Below are positions 9,545 through 19,705 of a DNA stretch of 62,397 nt, piece by piece. The translations under genes were made by a program, and so were the position numbers. Origin of the DNA: a virus (taxonomy: Duplodnaviria > Caudoviricetes). Within the stretch, counting starts at the first letter, position 1; the number at the start of each line of letters is the position of its first letter. The stretch spans positions 1-62,397 of IMG/VR virus record IMGVR_UViG_3300022752_000070; one strand, written 5' to 3'. The notes beneath the pieces were generated by a model. The model worked only from the letters and a program-made list of their open reading frames with translations, was not told the origin of the DNA and ran no database searches.

Positions 9545-11983
9545 TTAAACGTTACCAATTACTTCTTCAAAAGCAACACCAGTTCTGGTGGCAACAAAGG
9601 TAAGACCAATGTAGTTGATTGACCTTGCTGGTTTGATATAAATGTCAGCAACAAATTCATTATTATCAATAATAGCAGCAGTGTTATTTGTTTCATCACA
9701 AATTACAACATAATCAAAGATTCCCCTCTTTGCTTGAACATCACGAAGGAATGGTTCAATGATGTTTACAAAGTTAGTTCTTGTAATTTCATCATTGAAT
9801 TCGAAGAGTTGATCTCTTGCTGCTGCAGAAATCGCATCCTCAAGATAGATAAAGAGACGACGAACATTAATGCGGTCAAATGCTGATGCTTTTGCAAGTC
9901 CAGTCTTATCACCAAATAGAATAATACCCGAACCAGGTGAGAAGATTACTGGGTTAATTCTGTTTGAATAGAGACGATCTCTTTGTGTTTTTGAAGGATT
10001 GTATGCAAGTTTTACTGCATTAAGAATTGCTCCTCTGGTTGTTCCTGCAGGTGAGAACCATGGAAAATTATTAATGTCATTGCGAGCACAAAGACCTGCA
10101 ATGTCACCATTAAGTGGAACATATCTGAATGTATTGGCAAATCTGTCATACATGTACTTGTATCCACTGTCAAATACTGCATATGAAGATGAAGTCACTG
10201 GAGAATAGAAACTAATGACATTATCAGTAATAGTGTCATCATTCTCTACAGTTACAGTTCCAATAGATGTATCATTAATAAATGCTTTTCTATATGGTGA
10301 AATAAATGCAACAGCATCTTTTCTTGCTTCGGCAACTGCAATTAACTTATTAGCAAGTGCTTGACCTTGCTCTTTCGTATAATTTGCAGATCCCATCAAG
10401 AGGAAATCTACAGTATAATTTTCTGTATTTTCAAGTAAACCATAACCTGTTACAATTTTATCAAGATCCACTGAAAGTGCATCAATTACTCCAACACCAG
10501 TCTTACCGTTATAATCAGCACCACCACTTAGTTTTTGATTGTATGCACCGATTGCATTGAAAACCGCACCCTCAGCCTCTTGGTCCCAAGCTTTATCTGT
10601 TACTAGAGTAAATCCTCCAGATTGGTAACCAGTTTCTACTGTTCCTGTTGGTTGAGATCCACCAAAAATAAATCCAGAATTTTCTGCAAGATACTTTCTC
10701 CAATAAGATGGAGATCCTACAGAATACTCTGCATCCTTTGCCTTTGAAAGTGATAGGTGCTTTTCAAGAATTGTTCCTGCATTACCAGTAACTTTTCCAT
10801 CACCATCGATAACTACAACATGAACCTCATCAAATCTAGAACCTCTTGCATCAGCATATGCCGAAGTTGATGGTCTGTCTGCGACGGTATTCCACTTAAT
10901 TGATACTTCGGTTGTTGCTCCACCAACAATTGCGGTGTTTGTGACCAGATATTGCTGATCAAACCAATCAGATGATGATGACACTGCAGTGCTACCATAT
11001 GAAGTCGTTTGTCCAGTTGTAACAAGTCCTACTGAACCTGCGTTAAACGACCAAACTCCCGATGGTTGATAATCAACAGCAGTCTCAGTTCCAGCAGCAG
11101 AAACGTGTGTGAGAACCTTTACTGCAACTTGCCCAGAACCAACTTCGGTAATGATACCCTTTAGATATCCATTTAATACTGTGGTTGTACCTGCTCCAGG
11201 ATTTACTCTACCAGCAACTGACTGAGTAACACCATATCCAACTGCAAGAGCAGCAGAAGTAGTTACTGTTGTGTAACTTCCAAAAGATAATTCCACATTA
11301 TCAAGTGCAACTGTATTTGAAGTTGCTGGGTTAACGAAAACCGTTCCTACTCCAATAGAAGTAACTGTTACCCCTGAACCAATAATTCCTGCTAATTGTT
11401 TTAAGGTCTGACCAACAACAATACCAGTTGTTGTAATTCCAGTAATTCTTGTAGTTGCAATTCCTATATCACCATTGGAAGCTGTTGCAACTCCAACAAA
11501 GGTGGTATTCGTAACCGCAGTTGTGTTGATTCCAAGAATTTGATCTGCCTTGGCATCGATGATACCAACTCTTAATCCATTTGCCCAAGAACCTGGGTTT
11601 CTGGCAGTAACTACAACACCATTAATTGTATTTTCATCATAACCTAGTTGCTCATAGTGCTCAATACTCTTAATTTTTGTAGTGCTTCCGACCCCAGCAT
11701 TTACGAATTCACTGTCATCTGCTCTTATAACACGTAGAGCTCCACCGTAAGCTAAGAACGATGACGCAGTTAACCAATACTCATACTGCTTATCTGTTGA
11801 GTATGACTTTCCAAAAATGTCCAACAGGTCCTTTTCACTCTGAACAAGTGTTGGTAGTTCTACTGGACCTTTTTCAAAGGGTGCTACGATAGCACCAATT
11901 TTATCAGATGTTGGATCAACTCGTCCAACAGTTAAATCAACTTCTCTTACAACAATTCCAGGAGATGCTAAATTTAGTGGCAT
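9545..11983 (-). CDS. gp18: Tail sheath protein gp18 (with Thr/Gly-rich insertion)
   Basis: SPGIVVREVD, PWFSPAG, FDRINVRRLF, FEFNDEITR, IYIKPARSINYI. Confidence 0.98.
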   Translation of the reverse strand: MPLNLASPGIVVREVDLTVGRVDPTSDKIGAIVAPFEKGPVELPTLVQSEKDLLDIFGKSYSTDKQYEYWLTASSFLAYGGALRVIRADDSEFVNAGVGSTTKIKSIEHYEQLGYDENTINGVVVTARNPGSWANGLRVGIIDAKADQILGINTTAVTNTTFVGVATASNGDIGIATTRITGITTTGIVVGQTLKQLAGIIGSGVTVTSIGVGTVFVNPATSNTVALDNVELSFGSYTTVTTSAALAVGYGVTQSVAGRVNPGAGTTTVLNGYLKGIITEVGSGQVAVKVLTHVSAAGTETAVDYQPSGVWSFNAGSVGLVTTGQTTSYGSTAVSSSSDWFDQQYLVTNTAIVGGATTEVSIKWNTVADRPSTSAYADARGSRFDEVHVVVIDGDGKVTGNAGTILEKHLSLSKAKDAEYSVGSPSYWRKYLAENSGFIFGGSQPTGTVETGYQSGGFTLVTDKAWDQEAEGAVFNAIGAYNQKLSGGADYNGKTGVGVIDALSVDLDKIVTGYGLLENTENYTVDFLLMGSANYTKEQGQALANKLIAVAEARKDAVAFISPYRKAFINDTSIGTVTVENDDTITDNVISFYSPVTSSSYAVFDSGYKYMYDRFANTFRYVPLNGDIAGLCARNDINNFPWFSPAGTTRGAILNAVKLAYNPSKTQRDRLYSNRINPVIFSPGSGIILFGDKTGLAKASAFDRINVRRLFIYLEDAISAAARDQLFEFNDEITRTNFVNIIEPFLRDVQAKRGIFDYVVICDETNNTAAIIDNNEFVADIYIKPARSINYIGLTFVATRTGVAFEEVIGNV

Positions 11984-12067
11984 CTTGATTCCCCTCGCAA
12001 TCCAAATTTATCTACAAATATTTATTAAAACTACTTATTTCAATGGGGAAACAATGCGTGAACAATG

Positions 12068-12298
12068 CTACCAGTCAGGATATTCCCACTTTGTAACAAT
12101 TTTTTTAGATTTTCTATCTTTGGTAACTCTTTTAACAGTGCATTCTTTACATTCATAAGAGTAAGCCGATGTAAAAGTAGATCGATTTCTTCTGGTTAGA
12201 TAAAAATCATCCATTAAACTTTTTATTTGACCACACACTCTACATTTTCTTTCTGTAAATAAAATATGCTCTAGTTCAATTTGGTCATCTAAATCCAT
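12068..12298 (-). CDS. Small zinc-binding protein (CxxC...CxxC)
   Basis: RKCRVCGQIKSL...YSYECKEC; start at ATG 12298 (overlapping the gp17 stop) preferred. Confidence 0.7.
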   Translation of the reverse strand: MDLDDQIELEHILFTERKCRVCGQIKSLMDDFYLTRRNRSTFTSAYSYECKECTVKRVTKDRKSKKIVTKWEYPDW

Positions 12299-13947
12299 CA
12301 AAGATAATCCCACATATAAGACCTATCGCCATATTCATCTGTATACCACCTATCACCATCATTATCAACAAAACTTGTCATTTCATCAATACCATCAGAT
12401 ATGAAACCAAACGGAGCCATGTCTTGTTCAATTTGATTTTTTTGTTCCTCATAAATTCTTTTACGAACATCATTGTCCGTCATTTCTTTAAAATAGTCTT
12501 GAGCAACTAACCAAGAGAAAATGACAAGACACATTGCTAAGTCATCATTACAACCTTCTTCTGCTTCAAATGAATTGTGTCGTTGGGCAAAGGTCGTTAG
12601 TTCGGAAATGATGTCATAATCAACAGTAAGAAGTTTATCATCTTCCATCAAAGTTTTTAAATTTGAACATCCTAACTTTTTAACAGCAGCAGTCATTCTG
12701 ACACCAAGTTGAGATTTCTTTCCACTGAATCCAGAACCTACGATTTGACCGGCACGACCTCTCATAGAGCACATTAAGACATTATCATACTCTAAGTCAA
12801 AATGTAGTATATTTGCCACTTGATCTCCAATATCATTAACTTCAACTAATAACCAAGCATTATTATATCCTCTTGCTACTTCATTGATAATGTTTGGAAA
12901 CAGCATTGGTTTTATTTCATTATTTCTATACTTTGCTACAATCTTATATGGGAAGTTTGTAATATCAAAAACTATAAATGCCGAATAGTCGTTGCCAAGA
13001 CCACGAGCAACATCTACTGTTATTAAATAATTATTTTCTTCTTTTGGTTCTTCGTAAATATCCAATCCAGCATTTCTTTTAATCGGATCTTCATATACAA
13101 GATTTCTAAGTTTTGATGGGTTGATAAGAGTATTGACCGATCCTAAAAATTCACATTCAAACTCAACTTTAAACTGTTGCTCTGAAGTGTTTGCAATTGT
13201 CTGCTCCTTCCAGGCAGAGTCTCTACCAGGCACTTCGGACCAATGAACGTCTGTGGGTACATATTCGTTTTTGCCCCTTTCAGAGTCATGCCACATACGG
13301 TAAAAATGATTCATACCTCGTGGTGTTGATACAATAATTACCTTCGTGCTCTGTCCAGAAGAAATAGTAGGATAAACAGAGGCAAAGAAGTCATCAGCAA
13401 TGTGATTCGGGATGAAAGCGAACTCGTCAAGAAAGATGACATTATAGGATCCGCCTCTGACAGCAGATGAAGAAGTAGAGTTAGATGAAATCTTGGATCC
13501 ATTTTCTAATTCTAGACTACCTTTGTTCCAGGATATAATACCCTGTTGCATCCACTTTGGTAGATTTTCATAAGCAAGTTGTAATCTTCCGAGTAGGTCT
13601 CTGGCAGTGGATGCTTTGTTTGCCAGAATAGCTATATTGACATTATCGTTAAACACTGCATAGTGTAACAAATATGAAACAACTGTCGTGGACTTACCCG
13701 TCTGACGGGGCATTTTGCAAATATTGAATCGATTATCATGGAAATTTTGAATAAGTCTCTCTTGAAATGGATACATCTCAAAAGGAACAAGACCGTGATC
13801 CAGAGAAACAATTTTAATATAATTCCTGGCAAAATAAACAGGATCTTCTTTACACTTTAAGAACTCAATGATTTGTTCTTCCGTAAACTCAATTTGAGTA
13901 TTTGCCTTCTTAAGGTTAGGATTACCAAGATAAATGTTATCACTCAT
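12298..13947 (-). CDS. gp17: Terminase large subunit gp17
   Basis: PRQTGKST Walker A, IFLDEFAF Walker B, VSTPRG, nuclease DVARG and NDDLAM. Confidence 0.98.
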   Translation of the reverse strand: MSDNIYLGNPNLKKANTQIEFTEEQIIEFLKCKEDPVYFARNYIKIVSLDHGLVPFEMYPFQERLIQNFHDNRFNICKMPRQTGKSTTVVSYLLHYAVFNDNVNIAILANKASTARDLLGRLQLAYENLPKWMQQGIISWNKGSLELENGSKISSNSTSSSAVRGGSYNVIFLDEFAFIPNHIADDFFASVYPTISSGQSTKVIIVSTPRGMNHFYRMWHDSERGKNEYVPTDVHWSEVPGRDSAWKEQTIANTSEQQFKVEFECEFLGSVNTLINPSKLRNLVYEDPIKRNAGLDIYEEPKEENNYLITVDVARGLGNDYSAFIVFDITNFPYKIVAKYRNNEIKPMLFPNIINEVARGYNNAWLLVEVNDIGDQVANILHFDLEYDNVLMCSMRGRAGQIVGSGFSGKKSQLGVRMTAAVKKLGCSNLKTLMEDDKLLTVDYDIISELTTFAQRHNSFEAEEGCNDDLAMCLVIFSWLVAQDYFKEMTDNDVRKRIYEEQKNQIEQDMAPFGFISDGIDEMTSFVDNDGDRWYTDEYGDRSYMWDYL

Positions 13948-13953
13948 AATACA

Positions 13954-15288
13954 TTACCTACTAATTTCTTCCCAGTCCATAGAAGTATGAATATCAGCAT
14001 TCGCAACATTAGATGCTGCTGCAACTGAAAGTTCATAAGGAGTTCCAGTTAATCCATCTCTTTCCAACTGGAATTTAAATAGTGCTTCTTTGAGAATATC
14101 AACAGCAGATACTGCTTGATTGGATGCACTACAATAACCTTGTGCTAATATTCTTCCACCAGTGATACTACCACCACCAAGTTTGTATTCAACTGCCCCA
14201 TCTGCAGAAGCACTCACCCAAACTCCACCAGTAGTAGTTCCTCCTGCAATTACTCTCCAATTATAATGTGCATTATTGGTAATACCCATAATAGATAGAG
14301 CAGTCAGGATTACAATTGCATCTAATCTATTTGGAGTTGTTTTTAGTCTTATTGAAATGACTGGGTAATAAGTTCCTGCAGTTGGAAGATTTACTGGACT
14401 TGTGATTGTTGTTCCTATACCTTGTTGCAAACCACGAAGTTCATAACCACCCTCAGACATTACTGAAGAACAAACCTGTTTGAGTGTACTTGTGCTTGTA
14501 GTCACTCCAGTGTTTGTAATCTCATATCTTAAAGGTAATGATGCGGTAGTAATATATGTTGAAGAAATTTTATTTGCGTGGTGGAATGAGTGGCAGTGAA
14601 TAAATTGACCATCAATTACAAAACCAACTCTAACTGTTCCAAGTCCTAACCACTCAATATCTGTCCACATAATCTGTCCTTTGGTTACATCCAAAGTCAT
14701 TCCAGATTCACCAGTTCCATCTAACTTATCTTGGTTCCATTGTGATTGTGGAACTCTGGTTTCGGAAGTAATTCCCGTCACCAAACTTCTTTCTACAAAA
14801 TATGCAGTAGTCCCATCTGTTCCATCAAGTTCAAAATAAATTCCATTATCTGCACCAAAATATCCCACCCTTTGGCGAAGATTTTGTTTGGGTGGATTCA
14901 TTACAAAAGTATTCAAAATTTGTAATGATTTTCCTGGTTGATATGAAAATACTTTTGTGGTTTCTCTGATAACTGATGCAGTGCTTCCAACACCAACGGT
15001 TATATCTACTAAACCCTGTGTAGTCACAAATCCAACTGTAGAACCAGTTCCTACAATTAAATTTGTCCAAAGATTATTGTCTCTATATCTGTGAGAAGAA
15101 TCAAATAATGTGAGAGGTGCTGATACTCTTGTTCTTCCAAAAGCATCTGCATTTGCTGGAAGAACATCAACTGGAAATCTGTTTGTCTTAGTTACTACTT
15201 GCCCATTTTTATTGGCAATCATATTCACTTCAAAAAGAGTTCTCTCTTGATTTAAAAAATCTTGAGTATTTTTATTAAATTGTGCCAT
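13954..15288 (-). CDS. Hypothetical virion-associated beta-rich protein
   Basis: 444-aa ORF in the late block; DAFGRTRVS, YQPGK, EWLGLGTVRVGF motifs recalled from cyanophage structural proteins. Confidence 0.7.
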   Translation of the reverse strand: MAQFNKNTQDFLNQERTLFEVNMIANKNGQVVTKTNRFPVDVLPANADAFGRTRVSAPLTLFDSSHRYRDNNLWTNLIVGTGSTVGFVTTQGLVDITVGVGSTASVIRETTKVFSYQPGKSLQILNTFVMNPPKQNLRQRVGYFGADNGIYFELDGTDGTTAYFVERSLVTGITSETRVPQSQWNQDKLDGTGESGMTLDVTKGQIMWTDIEWLGLGTVRVGFVIDGQFIHCHSFHHANKISSTYITTASLPLRYEITNTGVTTSTSTLKQVCSSVMSEGGYELRGLQQGIGTTITSPVNLPTAGTYYPVISIRLKTTPNRLDAIVILTALSIMGITNNAHYNWRVIAGGTTTGGVWVSASADGAVEYKLGGGSITGGRILAQGYCSASNQAVSAVDILKEALFKFQLERDGLTGTPYELSVAAASNVANADIHTSMDWEEISR

Positions 15289-15291
15289 TAA

Positions 15292-15600
15292 TCACTCACT
15301 CCAAGATAATCTTTCTGGTTGGTATCTTTGTGCGTTTTTAACTCTTGAAGTATTTACCTGACTTGGATAAATGTTATGAACAATTGCTCCAGGATATTCT
15401 CCTTGAATTTGTTCTGCAAGTTCATTTTTGGAAAGAATTTTACCTTCTACTTCTAGACGATACATCTTTCCTTCCCAAACTACATCAGCAAAAAAAGACT
15501 CACTTGCTTGTTCTGGTTGTGATGAACCTACATTTAAAGTTCCATTAAAATCACCATTAATCGTGATGCTTTCTGATAAAAACTGTTGAAAGGATTTCAT
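15292..15600 (-). CDS. Probable internal head protein with capsid-targeting-like N-terminus
   Basis: N-terminus MKSFQQFLSE resembles the T4 internal-protein targeting peptide MKTYQEFIAE. Confidence 0.65.
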   Translation of the reverse strand: MKSFQQFLSESITINGDFNGTLNVGSSQPEQASESFFADVVWEGKMYRLEVEGKILSKNELAEQIQGEYPGAIVHNIYPSQVNTSRVKNAQRYQPERLSWSE

Positions 15601-15601
15601 T

Positions 15602-17050
15602 TTAGTTACAGTTCCAACGACGTAGTGCTTTGTTGATTCTCGAATCTGGGTCTCTTGCAGTTTTTGCAGAAGTCAGTTTCTTCTTCATCCCAGACATGCG
15701 ACGGCAGAAGTTTGCACGTCGTTTTGCTCTTTTACCTTTTGGTTTCTTTTCCGTTACTGCAGTTTGGAGTTTTGAACCAGGATTCTCACGACGGTAAGCA
15801 TTTACTGCTGCTTGACTCAATCCATCAGTTTTATCTTGACGATTGACTTTTTGCCAATCTTCAGATAATTCATCTCTCCAGTTAGAATAGTTTTCTTTTA
15901 CACAATTTGGAACTAATCTTTTACCTTTCTTTTTCATTCCAACTTGCTTATATCCGTCCCAACATGCTTCATCAACTTTACCTTGACCACTATCCAAATA
16001 ATCTGCTGCAGTATCGATATAATCTGCAGCCTTGGTAATCTTGGACTGAACCCATGCCTCAATATTACCCTCACCCTTCATCTTTTTACGAAGTCTCTTT
16101 GCTGCAGAGATGATTGTAGAAAGTTCAGAACGTGCCATTGAATACTCGTGATCTTTTTCCTCATTTGCTGGATGAGGTCTATTTGGATCATACTTTAACT
16201 GATTTGAAGTTAATGCTGATGGAGTAGAGAACATTTCCCAGTACTGTGGTCCATACTTACATTCTGATCTAGTCTCATCTTTTTGGCATTTAGGACAATA
16301 TCTAATCATTTCCAATGCCTCTTCCATATTTTTTGGTTTAATTCCCTTCTTTTTCATATTAATTGCAATTGCAGCTTGCTGTGCTGGATTTACTGCCTCA
16401 CTTTTTGTTCCCCAATTATCGGCACCAACTTTACGACATTTGACAAGTGCTCCAGATGCATATGCACTTGGCCAAATTTTATATCTACTTTTTACTTTAT
16501 GATAACAAGCATCTTTTTCACCTTCTTTTTCTTGAATGTATTCTTCCTTTGACACGATTTTTGCGGCTCCTGATCTATCTGGATTTGGATCTTCTCTACG
16601 TTTTTTAGAAGCTCTTCTATTTCTTTCTTTTTTACTCATATTTGCACGATCATCGGGATCACGACAAAATGGTTTTGTAGTTTGCCCTGGTTGTTTAGCA
16701 CATGGTTTTCCATCATATTTACCACCTGCTTGAACCCAACCACCATCATCAAACCATCTGTGCAGGTTATATTTTGCTGATGATGCCCCAACACCATCAG
16801 TTGCTTCTTTCACATCTTTGAATCTTTTATGATGCTTTTTAGCATCATCTTCCATTTTTTTCAATCGAGTATAATAATCTGGAATCTCATCTAAATGTTG
16901 AAGAGCAATATCTGTAGCAAGGTCTTTGTCTTTTGTATGTTCATGCTCAATGGGAATTCCAATTCTGAGTTGATTCCTCACAAAGGAAACTTCAAGACGA
17001 TGTTTCTTTGCAATTTCTTCAACTGTTTTGTGGGATTTTATCTTATGCAC
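15602..17050 (-). CDS. Basic modular protein, probable internal head polyprotein
   Basis: 482 aa, Lys/Arg-rich short modules separated by xxE motifs; CTAAATA late-type promoter at 17074-17080. Confidence 0.65.
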   Translation of the reverse strand: MHKIKSHKTVEEIAKKHRLEVSFVRNQLRIGIPIEHEHTKDKDLATDIALQHLDEIPDYYTRLKKMEDDAKKHHKRFKDVKEATDGVGASSAKYNLHRWFDDGGWVQAGGKYDGKPCAKQPGQTTKPFCRDPDDRANMSKKERNRRASKKRREDPNPDRSGAAKIVSKEEYIQEKEGEKDACYHKVKSRYKIWPSAYASGALVKCRKVGADNWGTKSEAVNPAQQAAIAINMKKKGIKPKNMEEALEMIRYCPKCQKDETRSECKYGPQYWEMFSTPSALTSNQLKYDPNRPHPANEEKDHEYSMARSELSTIISAAKRLRKKMKGEGNIEAWVQSKITKAADYIDTAADYLDSGQGKVDEACWDGYKQVGMKKKGKRLVPNCVKENYSNWRDELSEDWQKVNRQDKTDGLSQAAVNAYRRENPGSKLQTAVTEKKPKGKRAKRRANFCRRMSGMKKKLTSAKTARDPDSRINKALRRWNCN

Positions 17051-17062
17051 AAAATTATATGA

Positions 17063-17485
17063 TTACTCTTTATTATTTAGAAAACCTTGCTTGAGTAGTT
17101 TTGAAAGTTCTGATGTAGATCCAACAAACACCGCATTGTTAGTAACATTATTCGTCGTCTTGATACTCTCATCCTCAACATCTTTTAACTTTTTCTGAAG
17201 ATCAATAAGTTTATCTGTAACATCACCAACAGACTTAATAAGTTGTCCAGCAACTTCATATGCTCTGGGACTACCACCTTCTCCAGCCAATTCCATAATC
17301 CCATTAATTGCTTCTTGCCCTTTCTCAATTAATGAGTATAAATTTGCACGAGTATATTCGTAGTCCTTTTTAATATCATCGGACTTTAGAGGAGTAATAT
17401 TTAACTCTTCTTTAACCTTTTCTACTTTTACAATATCACTTTTGATATTAAGTGCAGAATCCAAATCATCATATTTACCTTTCAT
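17063..17485 (-). CDS. gp16: Terminase small subunit gp16
   Basis: DYEYTRANLYSLIEKGQEA, PRAYEVAGQLIK, NNAVFVGSTSEL. Confidence 0.93.
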   Translation of the reverse strand: MKGKYDDLDSALNIKSDIVKVEKVKEELNITPLKSDDIKKDYEYTRANLYSLIEKGQEAINGIMELAGEGGSPRAYEVAGQLIKSVGDVTDKLIDLQKKLKDVEDESIKTTNNVTNNAVFVGSTSELSKLLKQGFLNNKE

Positions 17486-17490
17486 AATCT

Positions 17491-18288
17491 TTACAGGTCT
17501 CTTTGTTGAGTTGGGCTATAAACTCTAGAATCTGCAAACTTTTCCCAGGTCTCACTAAATCCAAAGTCGTCATCTGGTTCAGCATTAATTGGATCAGGAA
17601 CAACTGTGTATCTCATTTCTCTCTTTGCAGTCGCAAGATCAGTACTCATATGAGTATCTACTTGTACTTTTCTAATGAGACCATCAGTAGTTTCTGCAAT
17701 TGGTCCGAATAAATATGTCTTAGCAGTAAATCTTAAGGTATAAATTAAAGCTCTTCTGGTCGAAAAATCACCCTCATAATCATCTTGAAAATCTACAGAA
17801 TCCAAGACAATGGGAATATCTCGTTTTTCACCAATAGAATCAACCAAGTCAATTGTAATATTGAAAGATGGTTGAAAGTAAGGTAAAATTTGCTCAACTA
17901 TCTGTAAAGCATCATCATTTAACTTTGTTAAAATGTTTAATTCAAATCCTATGTTGTAAGGAACTGGCATGAAAACTTTTTTCAAGTTATTTCCATCCAA
18001 TGCCTTAAATGTTTGTGTTACCCCAGACTTTCTTGTTGGATCATATTGAATAGAAGTCATCTCAAAAGACATTCTTGGAAGAGTAATGGCAATTGGTTTA
18101 GTCAGTTCTGCTTGCTGTTCAATTTTTGCTAAAAACTTTTGCATTGGGCCATAAGCAATTCCAACTTTTGTTTCGTCAATAGTTTGATCTTGCTTATTTT
18201 TATGCCTAATGTAAATATCATTAAAAAGTGTTCCAAAACCAATGATGGTTTTTCTAATGATTTCGTGATAATAATAAGTTCCTAACAT
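17491..18288 (-). CDS. gp15: Tail sheath stabilizer/terminator gp15
   Basis: YYHEIIRKTIIGFGTLFN, LPRMSFE, EQILPYFQP, FTAKTYLFGP. Confidence 0.95.
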   Translation of the reverse strand: MLGTYYYHEIIRKTIIGFGTLFNDIYIRHKNKQDQTIDETKVGIAYGPMQKFLAKIEQQAELTKPIAITLPRMSFEMTSIQYDPTRKSGVTQTFKALDGNNLKKVFMPVPYNIGFELNILTKLNDDALQIVEQILPYFQPSFNITIDLVDSIGEKRDIPIVLDSVDFQDDYEGDFSTRRALIYTLRFTAKTYLFGPIAETTDGLIRKVQVDTHMSTDLATAKREMRYTVVPDPINAEPDDDFGFSETWEKFADSRVYSPTQQRDL

Positions 18289-19703
18289 TAATAATCTCCA
18301 AAAGGATTAGATTCCGAAAAATCAATAATTAAATCTGCTGCTTCTTCTATTTCTTCATTTTGATCATAAGGATCTTCATAACTATCTGCCGTATATGATT
18401 TAACCAAGTATCTTGCAGATGATATTCCACCAACAATAATTTCACCTGGATAAAATTTACCATTATTTATAGATACTCTTAAATATGTGATGGGATCGGC
18501 ATCTTCGGGAGTTACTATGCTAAAGTCTCTCATTCTTGCTATAGTGCCTGATGTTTGTCCGATAATGGGTTCATTATATATAAACGTCCCTATACCAATT
18601 GTAGATACTCCAGAAATAATAACCGATGGTTGAGATGTGTATCCATATCCAGTATTTGCAAATCTAAGTGCTGTTACTGCACCATTTAAAATAACTGGAT
18701 CGGCAATAGCAGTAGTTCCAACAGACGGTCCAGATATAATTACGGTTGGTTTTGCATAATAACCACTTCCACCACTGATTGTAAAACTAGAAATTCCACT
18801 ATTGACAACAAGTGCAGTTGCTGCAGCTCCAACACCATTTCCACCAGAAATAGTAACAGTTGGTGGATTTGTGCTTGTGTACCCTGAACCTGGATTTGTA
18901 ATTAAAATTGATTCAATTGATTTTACACCTGCTCTTGATGTTGTAATCGCCACTGCAGTTGCCGTAGTTCCTGAAGTAGGACTAGATATTGTAACAGTAG
19001 GTGTTGATGTATAACCAGATCCATCATCATTTAAAATAATTTGTCCAATCATTCCGATACCACCAATAGTTGGAATTGCCGTTGCAGTAACTGCAGAACC
19101 AACTAAAGTTAAAGTTGTAATATATCCTTCCTCTTTTACCAAATCATCAATTTCCTCAATGGATGTATCAATTAACTCATTTTCATATTCATACAATTCA
19201 CATGTAAGTTCATAGACATAAGTTTTTCCTAATTGATAAAAAGGCTTTTCTAACTCAACATGCTTAATTTCAAAAATTCTTTCTCCAAGTGGAAAATAAA
19301 TTAAATCACCCTCTTTTGGCCTACTTGTAAGAATTTTTTCCTGATCAGTAATCGAACCAATATCTATTCCTAAATTAGTTCCTTCTAAAAGTGGTGCAAT
19401 AAATTCTTCATACCTTTCTCTGGATATTATTAATCTTATTTCATTTTTTAATTTTAATCCAAATTTAGTCATAATATCACTTCCAGGAGAATATCCATCA
19501 TAATTATCCAAATATGCTTCAATAATGAAGTTATCATCAAATTGAGATGTTTCAATTTCTCTTAAAATATTATCCCTGTTTAATATCTTTCTTGGTATAT
19601 AATAAACTTCAATTCCATAAATTTTCAATTGCTCATTAATCAAATCTTGTATTAAAAACTGTTCTCTAGGGGATCCTTGAAGAAAAAATGGATTTAATGT
19701 CAT
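18288..19703 (-). CDS. gp14: Neck protein gp14 (with repeat insertion)
   Basis: QLKIYGIEVYYIPR, RPKEGDLIYFP, PFYQLGK, FSESNPFG; internal GSGYT repeats. Confidence 0.93.
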   Translation of the reverse strand: MTLNPFFLQGSPREQFLIQDLINEQLKIYGIEVYYIPRKILNRDNILREIETSQFDDNFIIEAYLDNYDGYSPGSDIMTKFGLKLKNEIRLIISRERYEEFIAPLLEGTNLGIDIGSITDQEKILTSRPKEGDLIYFPLGERIFEIKHVELEKPFYQLGKTYVYELTCELYEYENELIDTSIEEIDDLVKEEGYITTLTLVGSAVTATAIPTIGGIGMIGQIILNDDGSGYTSTPTVTISSPTSGTTATAVAITTSRAGVKSIESILITNPGSGYTSTNPPTVTISGGNGVGAAATALVVNSGISSFTISGGSGYYAKPTVIISGPSVGTTAIADPVILNGAVTALRFANTGYGYTSQPSVIISGVSTIGIGTFIYNEPIIGQTSGTIARMRDFSIVTPEDADPITYLRVSINNGKFYPGEIIVGGISSARYLVKSYTADSYEDPYDQNEEIEEAADLIIDFSESNPFGDY

Positions 19704-19705
19704 AA

